From Candidatus Binataceae bacterium (GTDB lineage Bacteria; Desulfobacterota; Binatia; Binatales; Binataceae), in the NCBI GenBank assembly GCA_035541875.1, contig DATKML010000034.1:56367-120366 (forward strand): DNA of 64,000 nt. The letters run 5' to 3'. Positions within the stretch are counted from its first letter, which is position 1; each line of letters begins with the position of its first letter. Shown in pieces: positions 41,533 through 52,164 of this stretch. Under the pieces are notes generated by a model that ran no database searches, was not told the DNA's origin, and saw only the letters and a program-made list of their open reading frames with translations. The translations under genes were made by a program, and so were the position numbers.

Positions 41533-42828
41533 TTAGGCGACATCCGAAGCCTGGTCCGACGCTATGCCGATCCTTTTGTGCAGTGCCCAGTAGCAGGGCA
41601 GCGTGACGAGTGTCAGGACTCCGGCGAACTGCCACGCCGTCGGGATACCAGCACGGTCCGCGATAATACCGGTGATCAGCAGGCCGATCGAACCGCCCAT
41701 CGTCTCGAAAGTGCTGCGAAACGACAGGAGGGTCGCGCGCTGCTCGGCGCGAATCTCCTCATTAACCCAGCTCTGCACGAAGGGCAGGACTGCTCCCATA
41801 CACGCGTTCAGCATCGAGAAGATGATCAAAGCCAAAGTGGTGTGATTGGCGCTGCTGCCGCCGAGATACATTAGGAGGGCGAGCGCCGAGGCCATCACGA
41901 TTAGCTTCTTCGGGCGCCCCGCCCTCTCGCCGGAGGTCTGGATCATCACCTCTGCGCCGATCATCCGCGTGATCGTGAAAAGCCCGTAAATCCATCCGAC
42001 GACCCAGACACCCGAGCCGTAACTTTGATTGAAGAACTGCGGCCATTCGAGCCAGTACGGCGCCCATGCGGCGAAGAAGATGCCATTGGCGAGACTGAGG
42101 AGGAAAAGCGTCCGCGCCGCGAATCCCTGCCGGAGCCCATCGACCACGCGCCGACGGATAAGCGAGGGCATCGCCGCAAGATTCAGCGCGGAATGTTGAT
42201 GCGGCTTCTCATGCATCAGGCGTGCGATAAAAACCGCGTTGATCAGATAGCCGATCGCGCCGAAGAGCCACGGCCACGCGATATTCCAATCGGCGATGTA
42301 GGAGCCGATCACCGCCGAAATCATGAAGCCGAGGTTCATCAACTGCGAAATACGCCAGAAGAGCCGATCCTTCAGACCCTTGTAGCCGGCGTCATCGAGT
42401 GCATCGACACCCCACGCGTCGATGGAGCCGTTGCAGAAGGTCGTACCGATACCGTCGATAAATTCGCCAAGCAGGAACATCGGGTAGTGATAGGCGAAGA
42501 AGTAAACGAGGAACGCGACCGCCCGCAGGCTGCACCCGAGCATGAAGGATCGGCGGCGACCGAGTGCGTCGGCAAAGGCCCCGGTTGGAACGTCGGTCAG
42601 GAAGGTCACGGCGAAATAGATAGCGAGCACGCTATCCATCTGGAACTGATTCAGCCCCCGCGCGTGCAGGAAGATCGGATAGACGCCGAAGAGGAAGCCG
42701 CTCGCGATCGAGTAGGCGCTCCAGATACCGCAGTAGCGGACGAGCACCTGACGCGGCGTGTGGCCGGAACTCGACAATGCGGCCTCGTCCGATCGTGCCG
42801 CGCCGCCTGCTGTTTGTGCCGTGAACAT
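41533..42828 (-). CDS. MFS transporter.
   Basis: It has 12 predicted TM helices and the MFS motif GAFADALGRRR. Confidence 0.75.
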   Translation of the reverse strand: MFTAQTAGGAARSDEAALSSSGHTPRQVLVRYCGIWSAYSIASGFLFGVYPIFLHARGLNQFQMDSVLAIYFAVTFLTDVPTGAFADALGRRRSFMLGCSLRAVAFLVYFFAYHYPMFLLGEFIDGIGTTFCNGSIDAWGVDALDDAGYKGLKDRLFWRISQLMNLGFMISAVIGSYIADWNIAWPWLFGAIGYLINAVFIARLMHEKPHQHSALNLAAMPSLIRRRVVDGLRQGFAARTLFLLSLANGIFFAAWAPYWLEWPQFFNQSYGSGVWVVGWIYGLFTITRMIGAEVMIQTSGERAGRPKKLIVMASALALLMYLGGSSANHTTLALIIFSMLNACMGAVLPFVQSWVNEEIRAEQRATLLSFRSTFETMGGSIGLLITGIIADRAGIPTAWQFAGVLTLVTLPCYWALHKRIGIASDQASDVA

Positions 42829-42854
42829 CCTCTAAACTGATCCGTTACCGCGTC

Positions 42855-44228
42855 TTGCTCGTGAATCCCAAATTGCAGTTATCAATCGCCTTTTCCCCCA
42901 ACGCTGTCGAGCCGCGATGGTACGTTCGTGGCGCGAGGCTTACCGCCGTTCTCAGCCTCGCCACGCGTATCTACGTGCGTTACAAGGCAATCCAGATTTG
43001 GTCGCGCGTTATCAGCGACCGGCATAAAGAGAGGCGCTATCGGCGCCAGGATCTGCGCGCGGCCCAGGCGGTCTATCGCACCTCGATTCGTCTTGAGGGC
43101 CTGCTAATCAAGGCCAGTCAGTTTATCGCAACGCGCGCCGATATTCTGCCCAGTGAATGGGTCGATACGCTCGCCGCTCTGCACGACCGTGTGCCGCCGC
43201 GTCCCTTTAACGTCATTCGCGAGGTCGTCGAAACGGAATTCAGGCGACCGCTCGATACGGTCTTCGCGGAGTTCGATCAGCAACCGATCGCGGCGGCGTC
43301 GCTAGCGCAGGTTCATCGGGCACGCACTCACGACGGCCGGCGATGCGCCGTCAAAGTGCAGTATCCGAATATCGAGGGATTGGTCCGCGCTGATCTGCGG
43401 AACCTGATGCTCACGCTGCGCATCCTGGCGCGACTTGAACCCGACTTCGATTTCCAGGTGATCGCGGGAGAGATTCTCAAGTACATCCCGATGGAACTCG
43501 ACTTTCTCAACGAGGCGCGCAACTCCGACACGATCCGGAAGAATTTTGCCCAGCGCGCCGACGTGACGGTGCCGAGCGTCTATCACGATCTGTCGACGCG
43601 TCGCGTCCTGACGATGGAACTGGTCGAGGGAGTGAAGGTGACCGACCTCGAAGGACTCGCGCGCGAGGGGATCGACAAGCGCGAGGTCGGGCAGAAGTTA
43701 CTCGAAATTTTCACCGAGATGATCCTGCGCGACGGCTTCTTCCACGCCGACCCGCATCCGGGGAATATCCTCGTACAGCCGGGACCGCGAATCGTGCTCC
43801 TCGATTTCGGCCTAGCTAAGGATTTTCCGCCGGCCTTTCGCGACGGGATGGTGCGACTGACCTTCGCAATCCTGACGAGCAACAAAGAAGCGGTGCTGGC
43901 GGCTTTTCGCGATCTGGGCTTCCGCACCCGCAATGACTCCCCGGAGACCCTGTTGCTGCTCGCCGACCTCTTTCTCGGGAATTCGGTAAAGCGGAACCGG
44001 GCCTTCGCCGATCGTCAGCTGATCGAAGAGTTCTCCGAGCAGCTGCCGCGCGCGATTCGGTCGAACCCGATCGTCGAGGTCCCCGCCGACGTACTGCTGG
44101 TGAATCGCGTGATGGGGCTCCTTAGCGGGATGGGCAAGACGCTCGATACGCAGGTCGACATGTTCGGCACGCTGATGCCCTATGCGAGCAGCCTGATGGC
44201 CGCGCAGGCCGAGAGCGCAGGCAAGTAG
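42855..44228 (+). CDS. ABC1/UbiB family atypical protein kinase.
   Basis: The kinase-like motifs are AAASLAQVHRA, CAVKVQYP and FFHADPHPGNILV. Confidence 0.8.
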   Translation: MLVNPKLQLSIAFSPNAVEPRWYVRGARLTAVLSLATRIYVRYKAIQIWSRVISDRHKERRYRRQDLRAAQAVYRTSIRLEGLLIKASQFIATRADILPSEWVDTLAALHDRVPPRPFNVIREVVETEFRRPLDTVFAEFDQQPIAAASLAQVHRARTHDGRRCAVKVQYPNIEGLVRADLRNLMLTLRILARLEPDFDFQVIAGEILKYIPMELDFLNEARNSDTIRKNFAQRADVTVPSVYHDLSTRRVLTMELVEGVKVTDLEGLAREGIDKREVGQKLLEIFTEMILRDGFFHADPHPGNILVQPGPRIVLLDFGLAKDFPPAFRDGMVRLTFAILTSNKEAVLAAFRDLGFRTRNDSPETLLLLADLFLGNSVKRNRAFADRQLIEEFSEQLPRAIRSNPIVEVPADVLLVNRVMGLLSGMGKTLDTQVDMFGTLMPYASSLMAAQAESAGK

Positions 44229-44332
44229 CTCGCGACCTAACCCTTCCCTGAGGCGATAGGTGGCCGCTAGGGTTCCGTCGTTGTGAATATTTTGACCCGA
44301 GCCTCTGGCATGACGCGCGACGCTGGCATAGC

Positions 44333-45193
44333 TTGTGCGCCGTGCCGGAACACGACGAAATCGAGAAAGTTGCAATTCGCGCGGCCCGCGCGGCCGGGCG
44401 GATTCATCTCAAACGCCTCAACCACATCAATGTGGCGCGCAAGAGCAACGCGATCGATCTGGTGACCGAAGCCGATCGCGAATCCGAGGCAGCCGCGATA
44501 GCGGTGCTGCAGCGCGCCTTTCCCGCACACGCGATCCTCGCCGAGGAGAGCGGCGCGTCGGCCATCACGAGTGAGCATCGATGGATTATCGATCCGCTCG
44601 ACGGCACGACCAATTTCGCGCATGGCTATCCGCAATTCTGCGTCTCGATCGCTTACGAGCGGCGCGGCAAGGTTCAGGTGGGCGTGATTCTCGATTCGCT
44701 GCGACGCGAGTTGTTCGTCGCGCGACGTAACGGCGGTGCTTTCCTCAACGGCAAACCGATCCGCGTGACGCGGACGCCGAAGCTTGAGACGTCGTTGCTG
44801 GTGACCGGCTTCCCCTATGATCGGCGCGAGCGGCGCCGCTTCTATCTGGCGTTCTGGGAGGCCTTCATGGTCCGCACGCACGGCGTGCGTCGTACCGGAT
44901 CAGCCGCGCTTGATCTGGCGTGGGTGGCCTGCGGTCGGAGCGACGGTTTCTGGGAGTTCGGCCTCAAGCCATGGGACGTCGCGGCGGGATCGCTGCTTGT
45001 CGATGAGGCCGGCGGGCGCGTCACCAATATGGATGGAACCTCGCTGGACCTGGCCGGCGCGCAGATTCTCGCGACCAACGGCCGGATTCATCAGGAGATG
45101 GTCGAGACGATAGCTGCGACCCTCCCCGACGCCGAGCGGCGCAATGCCGAAATGCTCGCCGAGGCGAGCACGCACGCGGCAAACGGCCGCTAG
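44333..45193 (+). CDS. suhB: Inositol monophosphatase family protein.
   Basis: The IMPase signatures are WIIDPLDGTTNFAHG and WDVAAG. Confidence 0.85.
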   Translation: MCAVPEHDEIEKVAIRAARAAGRIHLKRLNHINVARKSNAIDLVTEADRESEAAAIAVLQRAFPAHAILAEESGASAITSEHRWIIDPLDGTTNFAHGYPQFCVSIAYERRGKVQVGVILDSLRRELFVARRNGGAFLNGKPIRVTRTPKLETSLLVTGFPYDRRERRRFYLAFWEAFMVRTHGVRRTGSAALDLAWVACGRSDGFWEFGLKPWDVAAGSLLVDEAGGRVTNMDGTSLDLAGAQILATNGRIHQEMVETIAATLPDAERRNAEMLAEASTHAANGR

Positions 45194-45302
45194 CGAGCTG
45201 GCATCGAGTATCGCGGGAGTTTCACAGCCTATCAGGCACGACAGGCAAACTCGTAACTTGTGCCATCGGTAAAGCTGATATATTGATTTCCCCTACCCTT
45301 AC

Positions 45303-45374
45303 GCCCCGGTAGTGAAAAGGACATCACGGAGGTCTCCGGAACCTCAAGTCCGGGTTCGACTCCCGGCCGGGGCA
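45303..45374 (+). tRNA. tRNA-Arg (anticodon CCG).
   Basis: I folded it manually. The acceptor stem GCCCCGG pairs with CCGGGGC. The D-stem is GTGA/TCAC. The anticodon stem is GAGGT/ACCTC with loop CTCCGGA (U33, CCG, G37). The T-arm is CCGGG-TTCGACT-CCCGG with discriminator A. CCA is not encoded. Confidence 0.85.
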
Positions 45375-46087
45375 CTCAAATCAGTGAAATTCCTTGAAAG
45401 TAAAAGACTCTTTCCCGCAACGGCTACGGCGGGCGGCACGGTTTGGCTCAGGTTTGGCAGCGGCTGCAAAGGAACTGCCCGTTTTGGCAGCCGCGTGATG
45501 GCCAAAAAGAACGCATCGAGGTCGAGCGCCTTCGCCTCCGGCGTGCGCGTCCAACGCCCATAAACCTCGTCGATCTTCTTCACGCCGACGTGACCGAGCT
45601 GATGCGCGATCCATTACAGCGGCTTGTCCGCACAGATCATCAAAGTGGTGTAGGTGTGACGCAGGTTGTAGAGCACACGATAATCGACGCCGGCTCGTGC
45701 CACTGCGCGCCGCCACGGATGATCGCCCACGCTGCGCTCCAGCATCGGTCGCCCCTTCGGGCCGCAGAAAACGAACCGACTCCGGAGCCGATTGAGCACG
45801 AGTACGTCGAACAGCGCCAGCCTCACCGGCTCAAACATCTCCACCGTACGCCGTGAACTCTTCGTCTTGAGCCGGAGCGAGACCTCGCCCTTCTCGAGCA
45901 TCTGCTGGCGCACCAGGATCGTGCTCTCAGCGAAGTTGATATGATCAGGCATCAGAGCCAAAGCTTCGGACGGGCGCAGCCCGCTAAGCGCCAGCAGAAG
46001 GTAAAGCGCACGCTGTTGACCCTCACAGACGGCAAAGATCCGATTCCGTAGGATCGCCCTCCATATCGGCGGGCATGCGGTTAGCAC
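45344..46087 (-). pseudogene. Tyrosine recombinase (phage-type integrase) remnant. It is N-terminally truncated and frameshifted.
   Basis: ORF 45614-46087 carries the catalytic-domain LSGLRPSEALAL and LRHTYTTLMI (box II) motifs. The continuation with the catalytic Tyr (KKIDEVYGRW) lies in a different frame, 45344-45583. The 3-prime end overlaps the tRNA-Arg 3-prime half, and the N-terminal core-binding domain is missing. Confidence 0.7.
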
Positions 46088-46343
46088 GGTAAAAGAGCAC
46101 TTCGGCGGAGATTCCGATGATCTGTGCGAGCTGCTCGATCAGGTAGTTGGGTGGTGGACGCCGCCGGTCGTGTTCCACCGCGTTCAAGTAGGGCGCATCA
46201 ACCGGCCTTCCGTCTTCGCGCCGCAGACGTTCGGCAACCTCCTTTTGGGTTAATCCGGCCCGCTTGCGAGCCTCCGTAAGGATCGTCCCGAACGTTCTCA
46301 TACTTTCAGGTTTCTGCATTTCATTCAGGACTTCATCCCTCAA
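46023..46343 (-). CDS. XRE-family helix-turn-helix transcriptional regulator.
   Basis: The HTH is TFGTILTEARKRAGLTQKEVAERL. It is 106 aa and its 3-prime end overlaps the truncated integrase. Confidence 0.6.
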   Translation of the reverse strand: MRDEVLNEMQKPESMRTFGTILTEARKRAGLTQKEVAERLRREDGRPVDAPYLNAVEHDRRRPPPNYLIEQLAQIIGISAEVLFYRANRMPADMEGDPTESDLCRL

Positions 46344-46734
46344 TTACATCATCGACACTCCTTGAATTAAGCGGACGCGGTCTTGGAGCTTGAATTCCAC
46401 AATCTCACAACCAAGTCCAGATCGTCATGACTTCTCGCCGATGCTTAAACTTCGAGCACAGTCGACCCTCGCCTATACCCTCAGCAAACTAAGCGTAATG
46501 GCTTTGGCTTTCGTTTTATTATCTGATCTGCGATATGCGGTGCCCTCGTTGCAGCCACCACAATCAACCGCCGCTTCTCATCGCGCAATTGGTCAGCAAT
46601 CAGCCGCAAAACACGATGCAAAGAAAGCCTGATCGATCTCTCTCGGTTGTGACGCAATCGACGCAACTGAAGTCGTGTCCATAACAGCTTCGGTTGTCGG
46701 CTACAGTTTCGAAGACTCCCAACCAGGTCGATGT

Positions 46735-47649
46735 CTATTTTAGGTTAGGCGTTGGTGATGGAGGCGGATGAATCTGGAGTATCGCGGCCATCCGCGAAAG
46801 CTCTGCCAGCGAATCGCTACCCATTCGTCTTCGCAAACGAGCGCGATGCACCTTGACCGTTTGCTCGGTTATTCCCAACTCCGCAGCAACTTCTTTGTTC
46901 AGAAGGCCAGCAGTAATCAATATGAAGACCTCGCGCTGCCGAGGAGGTAAAGATTTGAAGCGTCGCTCAAGATCGAGGTGCTGAGCACGCGGGATCTTTT
47001 GTGCACGGGAGGGTCGGCTTTCGATTTTGGTCGCTGAGGCGGGTCCGGCGTTGATCTTCTCGCGGAAATCGTGTGTCGATAGCGCGGCGTGCTTGCGCTC
47101 GAGTGCGGCGGCAATTATCCGCCCCGCAATTCGTAGGCGCCGCAAGTCATTAGCCGACCATGCGCATTGGCCGCGAAACTTGCCAAATGTCAGACCACCC
47201 AACACTCGCTTCGCAACGTAAATAGGTAAAACGACCTGTGCCTTAGGGCCGTGAACCTTTAAGAAGTTGCGCAGCTTGACCGCTCTTTTCGGAAGTTCCT
47301 CGGGACTTGCGTAGACGACCGTTCGGCCGTCGAGGATTTGCGCTGTTATCCACGGCGATATTTGCATCGAGCGCATCTTGGGAGGCAACGGTGGAATTTC
47401 CGGCCTCGCCCACCAATAAGTGGCGATGAAGCCGACCTCCGAGCTTGCCCGCTCCCAGACGGCACCTCGGTCCAAATCGAGTGTAATGATCATCTCTCGG
47501 AGCCATCGCTCTATCTCTGGATCGATATCCTCAACTGAGGTGCTCTCGAGGGCACCCGACATTCGGTCAATAAGTTCCTCGAATTCGTTTCCTTCAGTCT
47601 CGGAAGGCTCATCCCGCCTACGCGTAACGATTTTCGCTTCTTCAGGCAT
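46735..47649 (-). CDS. LuxR-family transcriptional regulator with an N-terminal GAF-like sensory domain.
   Basis: The C-terminal HTH_LuxR is REVFILITAGLLNKEVAAELGITEQTVKVHRARLRRRMG. Confidence 0.7.
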   Translation of the reverse strand: MPEEAKIVTRRRDEPSETEGNEFEELIDRMSGALESTSVEDIDPEIERWLREMIITLDLDRGAVWERASSEVGFIATYWWARPEIPPLPPKMRSMQISPWITAQILDGRTVVYASPEELPKRAVKLRNFLKVHGPKAQVVLPIYVAKRVLGGLTFGKFRGQCAWSANDLRRLRIAGRIIAAALERKHAALSTHDFREKINAGPASATKIESRPSRAQKIPRAQHLDLERRFKSLPPRQREVFILITAGLLNKEVAAELGITEQTVKVHRARLRRRMGSDSLAELSRMAAILQIHPPPSPTPNLK

Positions 47650-47952
47650 AAAGATGATTCCGCTGCCGCGCTCCCATTACCGTTCCCAAAGACCTTCAAA
47701 GGCGCTCTTAAACTACTTTCGGCCAGCTCTCGTCAGATCTCAGAGCAACCGGATTAGCAAATTTTAATTACTCCGGGAGTACATCTAAAGTCTAACTAGA
47801 CTCGTGGATCGGGACCTAACGATAATCGCGCAGCGGCGCTGAAGGAGCACGTTTATTAATGCAGCTTGAATCCCTCCAGGAAATTAGTTGAGCGTAGACG
47901 CTCGTCAGCCGCTCTCGGGATGCGAACGAATGGGTCGGGAATAATTACGAAA

Positions 47953-49350
47953 ATGAGTTTGAAAGCGCCGCCGATACGGCCATCGACGGGGGCGTCCGCA
48001 CTAAGGGGCGCCCTTTTTGCAATATTCGCAGTTTTCGGAGTTTTGTCAGGCTGCGCACAAACCACTACACCTACACCGCTTCAGATGCAGCAGAACGCGG
48101 GGGTGAATCCAGCGCCAGCTCCTGCGGCGCCAATAGCGGTTCAGCCGCCGAACATGCCGTCGCCAGCTGCAGCGAAACCGGCAGGCCAGTTCGAACAACC
48201 GCCTGTGATTCCCATCAGCGATCTCCTCGCGGCGAGCATGCAATCCGGGCCGGGCTTTCAGGTTGGACAGCAAGTTGCAACTAACGGCGCGATGGGTGAG
48301 TACACCATAACGGCAAGCGCCGACGTGTTTCATGAAGACGCCGGGACCTATCAAGTCGAAAGCCTCGATTTGTTGAAAATTCGACTTTCTGAGGTTCCTG
48401 CGATCGCGCAACTGGACAATATGAGCAACTCGACGGTATTCGCCAAGGAGTTCGCTGTGAGCGCGGCACGTCCGCTGACAGCTGCCGGGCAGATGGTGAT
48501 TCATCCCATGGATACGATCACCGGATTGCCGAGCGGGATAGGCGAATTTTTCGGTCGCGTCGACCTGGGCGCCAAAAGTCTTGCGGCCAGCTCTTCGGTG
48601 AGCCAAGCGGCCGCTCAGACCGGCGATGTCACGCTCACGGCTTTGGGTTACGACCAAGTCCGGCGGGATCTGGCCCGTAAGCTGCACGTTGATCCGTACA
48701 GCTCCGATCCGATTCTGACCAAGCGACTTAATCATGTCGCTTGGGTGATGTTCTCTGCGCGTATTACCGTCGATGCCGCAATGATGGCGGTGCCCGCATC
48801 GATGATCATCACTGGCACCGAGTTTACCGACGATCTCGTCTATCAAACACCGAAAGCTGACCTGATCCTTCTCGTCGAAAAGAAGCTCACGAGCTTTGGA
48901 TTGTCGAAAACAGAAATCGCTACCTTCACGCACAACAACGCAATCCCCTTGAGCCTACAAGTTGCGGCGGTCCGGCAACTCGATGGTCTTGGAGTCATTC
49001 CGGGACGGCGCACGGCGGCCGTGGCACTGGGCAATGCGCTGACGGAGTATCAGGCGCGGTTTCTCGTGACTTCGCTGAGCATGCTAGGTCAGTGGAGTAC
49101 ACAGAAGAGTCCAATCAACAAAATTCAGGTCACCGGGGTGCTCGTGGCGCGCGATCAAAACGGCACGACGATAATACCCGCGCCCGTCGATTATCTCTCA
49201 TGGACGCCCCGCATCGCCGGTTTCGCGACCAACTCGCAGTTACTCGCAAAACAAAATCGCGTGCTCTGGATCACCGGCAAAATGACCGCGCTCGCGCAGC
49301 AGCAACTGACGGCGAGTGGTTGGACTGTTCAACAAGGGTCGCAACTTTAG
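47953..49350 (+). CDS. Hypothetical lipoprotein with a Pro-rich linker.
   Basis: The lipobox is FGVLSGC after a hydrophobic signal, followed by a PAPAP-rich linker. The start is trimmed to the ATG at 47953. Confidence 0.5.
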   Translation: MSLKAPPIRPSTGASALRGALFAIFAVFGVLSGCAQTTTPTPLQMQQNAGVNPAPAPAAPIAVQPPNMPSPAAAKPAGQFEQPPVIPISDLLAASMQSGPGFQVGQQVATNGAMGEYTITASADVFHEDAGTYQVESLDLLKIRLSEVPAIAQLDNMSNSTVFAKEFAVSAARPLTAAGQMVIHPMDTITGLPSGIGEFFGRVDLGAKSLAASSSVSQAAAQTGDVTLTALGYDQVRRDLARKLHVDPYSSDPILTKRLNHVAWVMFSARITVDAAMMAVPASMIITGTEFTDDLVYQTPKADLILLVEKKLTSFGLSKTEIATFTHNNAIPLSLQVAAVRQLDGLGVIPGRRTAAVALGNALTEYQARFLVTSLSMLGQWSTQKSPINKIQVTGVLVARDQNGTTIIPAPVDYLSWTPRIAGFATNSQLLAKQNRVLWITGKMTALAQQQLTASGWTVQQGSQL

Positions 49351-49493
49351 TTAACCAAAACGCAATAAGCGACCTCTATCACGGCGGCTGTGCTGCCATA
49401 AACTCTAACCAATTGATTGCGGGGCTTCTCTGCATTTCTGGCAAGTGCATGCAAGTAGAGTTAGATCAACCTTATTTTAGAGAGGATGGAATA

Positions 49494-50255
49494 ATGGCTA
49501 ACGAACCGGCGAAACTTCTAACGGGCCTGCTATCCGCGACACTCGCTGGATGGCTGCTCATGGGGTGCTCGCAGACCACGGCGCCCGCGCCCAACATCGT
49601 TCAGCGGGTAGAAGGCGAGACGCCTGCGCCACCGCCACCCAGCGGCTTTCTCGGTAGCGACTATGCGCTATTGAAGCCGCCCGCTGAAGGATCCGACCAG
49701 AAGGCGATGCTCGTCTACACGGACGCGAGCGCGAGCTTCGCTTCCTACAGCAAGATCATGATCGCGCCAGTCACCTTTTGGGGCGATGAGCACTCGAACC
49801 TCTCAGCCGCCGATCAACAGACCCTCTGCGACTATTTCTACAACGTGTTGAAAGAAGAACTGGGCAAGAACTTTACTTTAGTGAATGAACCCGGCCCCGG
49901 TGTTGCCAAGTTGACCGTCGCGTTGACCGACGCCAGCTCAGCGATTCCCGTGCTGCGTACGATCGCGGTAGTGGTGCCTCAAGCTCGTGTGCTCAGCATG
50001 ATCAAGCAGGGGCTGACCGGGACCTATTCATTTGTCGGTTCGGCTACGGGAGAAGCCAAGCTGACCGATTCGGTGAGCGGACAATTGCTGGCGGCCTGGT
50101 CTGATAAGCGATTCGGTAGTGGCGCGCTCAAGAATGTGACGGTCTGGCAATGGGGCGATGCCGACAATGCGATGAACTACTGGGCCGACGGCCTTGATCA
50201 GCGCTTGGCGACATTAGGCATCCAGCATACCGCTACACCAGCGGCGACCAAATGA
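49494..50255 (+). CDS. Hypothetical lipoprotein (DUF3313-like architecture).
   Basis: The ATG at 49494 is preceded by AGAGGA. The lipobox is LLMGCS. The listed N-extended ORF 49092..50255 overlaps the previous gene and is rejected. Confidence 0.5.
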   Translation: MANEPAKLLTGLLSATLAGWLLMGCSQTTAPAPNIVQRVEGETPAPPPPSGFLGSDYALLKPPAEGSDQKAMLVYTDASASFASYSKIMIAPVTFWGDEHSNLSAADQQTLCDYFYNVLKEELGKNFTLVNEPGPGVAKLTVALTDASSAIPVLRTIAVVVPQARVLSMIKQGLTGTYSFVGSATGEAKLTDSVSGQLLAAWSDKRFGSGALKNVTVWQWGDADNAMNYWADGLDQRLATLGIQHTATPAATK

Positions 50256-50286
50256 TATCACCCATCAAAGATCCAAGGAGACAATT

Positions 50287-52017
50287 GTGACCAAGCGAAT
50301 GAAAACCTGGAAGTGGCGGGTTGTCGGCGCCGTCCTGATCGCCACCCTGTCGCTGGCGGGGTTGACGCACCGTCTTTCTGCGCAGGCTTCCTCAGACAAA
50401 CCCAACATTCTGTTCGTCATGACCGATGACGTAGGTTGGATGACGCCGGGAGTCTACCACCAAGGCCTGATGGTGGGTGAAACCCCCAACATCGACCGTA
50501 TCGCTAAGGAAGGCGTGAAGTTCCTGGACGCCTACTCCGAGCAGAGCTGCACAGCCGGGCGTAACGCCTTCATGACCGGCATGAACCCGCTGCGTACGGG
50601 CCTGATCGTTCCGCAATTGCCCGGCAGCCCGAGTTGGCTGCGGTCCGGCACACCTTCGCTTGCCAAAATTCTGCTCGACCTCGGCTATAACACAGGCCAG
50701 TTCGGCAAGAACCATCTGGGCGACAACGTAGAGGCGCTACCGACCGCGCACGGCTTCCAGGAGTACTGGGGTTACCTCTACCACCTAGACGCGATGCAGC
50801 AGGTGAGCTTCCCCGATGTCTACAAAGACAAGGACACGATCGGCGTCGCCCCGCCGTGCAAGGCGACCTCGATCCCCGGCGTCCCCGACGATCCTAATGC
50901 GGTGGACCCGGCGACGACGACCTGTCTAACGCCGCCGCGGCCCGTACTTTGGTGTCACTCCGCGGACGGCACGCAGGCCAAACAGACCTGCAAGGATGAG
51001 GGTCCGGTTACTGACGTTCGCTCAGAAACCCTGGAGGAGGAGGTTTCGGCGAAGGTGATCGACTTCCTGGACCGCAACGACCCCAAAAAGACCGGCAAGC
51101 CGTTCTTTGCGTACTACAACACGGTGCGGATGCACGTCGACACGTTTCTGCCTAAAAAATACCTCGACATGCTGGGCACGCGGGGTGGCAAGGACTGGGG
51201 CATCAACGAAGCTGGCGAGAAGCAGATGGACGACAACCTCGGCTACGTGCTGAAGAAACTCGAGGACATAGGCCAGCTCGACAACACGATCATCATTTGG
51301 ACCTCTGACAACGGCGCCCAGACCCAAACCTATCCGGACGGCGGGATCACCCCCTTCAAAGGCGATAAGCTGACGACTTGGGAAGGCGGGATGCGCGTGC
51401 CGTTGCTTGTGCGTTGGCCAGGACACATCAAGCCTGGTACGGTCACAAACCAGATTTTCTCGATGCTGGATTGGTTGCCTACGCTGGTCAACATTGCGGG
51501 TGGCCCCAAGGGCGACGGTCTAAAGAAAAAGATCGAGGCCGGCCAGTATCCGGGCTTCTTGAAGACCACGCTCGACGGTTTTGACCAGCGTGATTTCCTG
51601 GAAGGCAAGTCCGATTCCGCGCGCGACCACCTCTTCTACTACACGGGCACCATACCGTCAGCAGTGCGGTATAAGAACTGGAAAATGTACTATACGATGG
51701 AAGGCTCGACATCCGCAGGCGCGCTCAAAGGGGCCCAGAGCTATGGCTGGACCCAGATGACCAATCTAATGCGGGATCCGTTTGAGCAGAATGTCGGCGA
51801 TGTTCAAAAGTCGGCCACGTCGATCGGTGGCGCGATTACCTCGCCGAGCACAGCTTACCTCTATGACTGGCAGATGCTGCCCATAGGGCAGTTGCTGTGG
51901 ATGAAGGAACTCGAGACCTACCGGAAGTTCCCACCGTTGCAAGTACCGGCGTCCTACAACCTCGACGAAATCGAAAAGTTGATCGCAGCCCAGGCAAGCC
52001 ACTCGCATAGTGATTAA
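50287..52017 (+). CDS. Arylsulfatase (formylglycine-dependent sulfatase family), secreted.
   Basis: It has a signal peptide. The sulfatase signature is SCTAGRNAFMTG (C-x-A-x-R). The metal ligands are MTDDVGW. Confidence 0.85.
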   Translation: MTKRMKTWKWRVVGAVLIATLSLAGLTHRLSAQASSDKPNILFVMTDDVGWMTPGVYHQGLMVGETPNIDRIAKEGVKFLDAYSEQSCTAGRNAFMTGMNPLRTGLIVPQLPGSPSWLRSGTPSLAKILLDLGYNTGQFGKNHLGDNVEALPTAHGFQEYWGYLYHLDAMQQVSFPDVYKDKDTIGVAPPCKATSIPGVPDDPNAVDPATTTCLTPPRPVLWCHSADGTQAKQTCKDEGPVTDVRSETLEEEVSAKVIDFLDRNDPKKTGKPFFAYYNTVRMHVDTFLPKKYLDMLGTRGGKDWGINEAGEKQMDDNLGYVLKKLEDIGQLDNTIIIWTSDNGAQTQTYPDGGITPFKGDKLTTWEGGMRVPLLVRWPGHIKPGTVTNQIFSMLDWLPTLVNIAGGPKGDGLKKKIEAGQYPGFLKTTLDGFDQRDFLEGKSDSARDHLFYYTGTIPSAVRYKNWKMYYTMEGSTSAGALKGAQSYGWTQMTNLMRDPFEQNVGDVQKSATSIGGAITSPSTAYLYDWQMLPIGQLLWMKELETYRKFPPLQVPASYNLDEIEKLIAAQASHSHSD

Positions 52018-52046
52018 CCGTGCAGCGCGCGCCTGCAGCTAGAAGC

Positions 52047-52075
52047 GGGCGACCCTAAGAGGGTCGCCCTTCGCG
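52047..52075 (+). terminator. Hairpin after the sulfatase gene.
   Basis: GGGCGACCCT-AAG-AGGGTCGCCC is a 10-bp stem. The downstream T-tract is imperfect. Confidence 0.4.
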
Positions 52076-52164
52076 CTTTAGAGAGGACGTACTAGTACCT
52101 AACAACGCACCTCCGGTTGCTCCGGGATCAGCACGGAGGTTAACTCAACACAGGAACTAAGCCA

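Noticed and set aside
45443-45856. 137-aa plus-strand ORF
   Set aside because: It is antisense to the integrase remnant.
49092-49493. N-terminal 134-codon extension of the second lipoprotein
   Set aside because: It overlaps the 3-prime end of the preceding lipoprotein gene and is R/H-rich. The internal ATG with an RBS gives a proper lipoprotein signal peptide.
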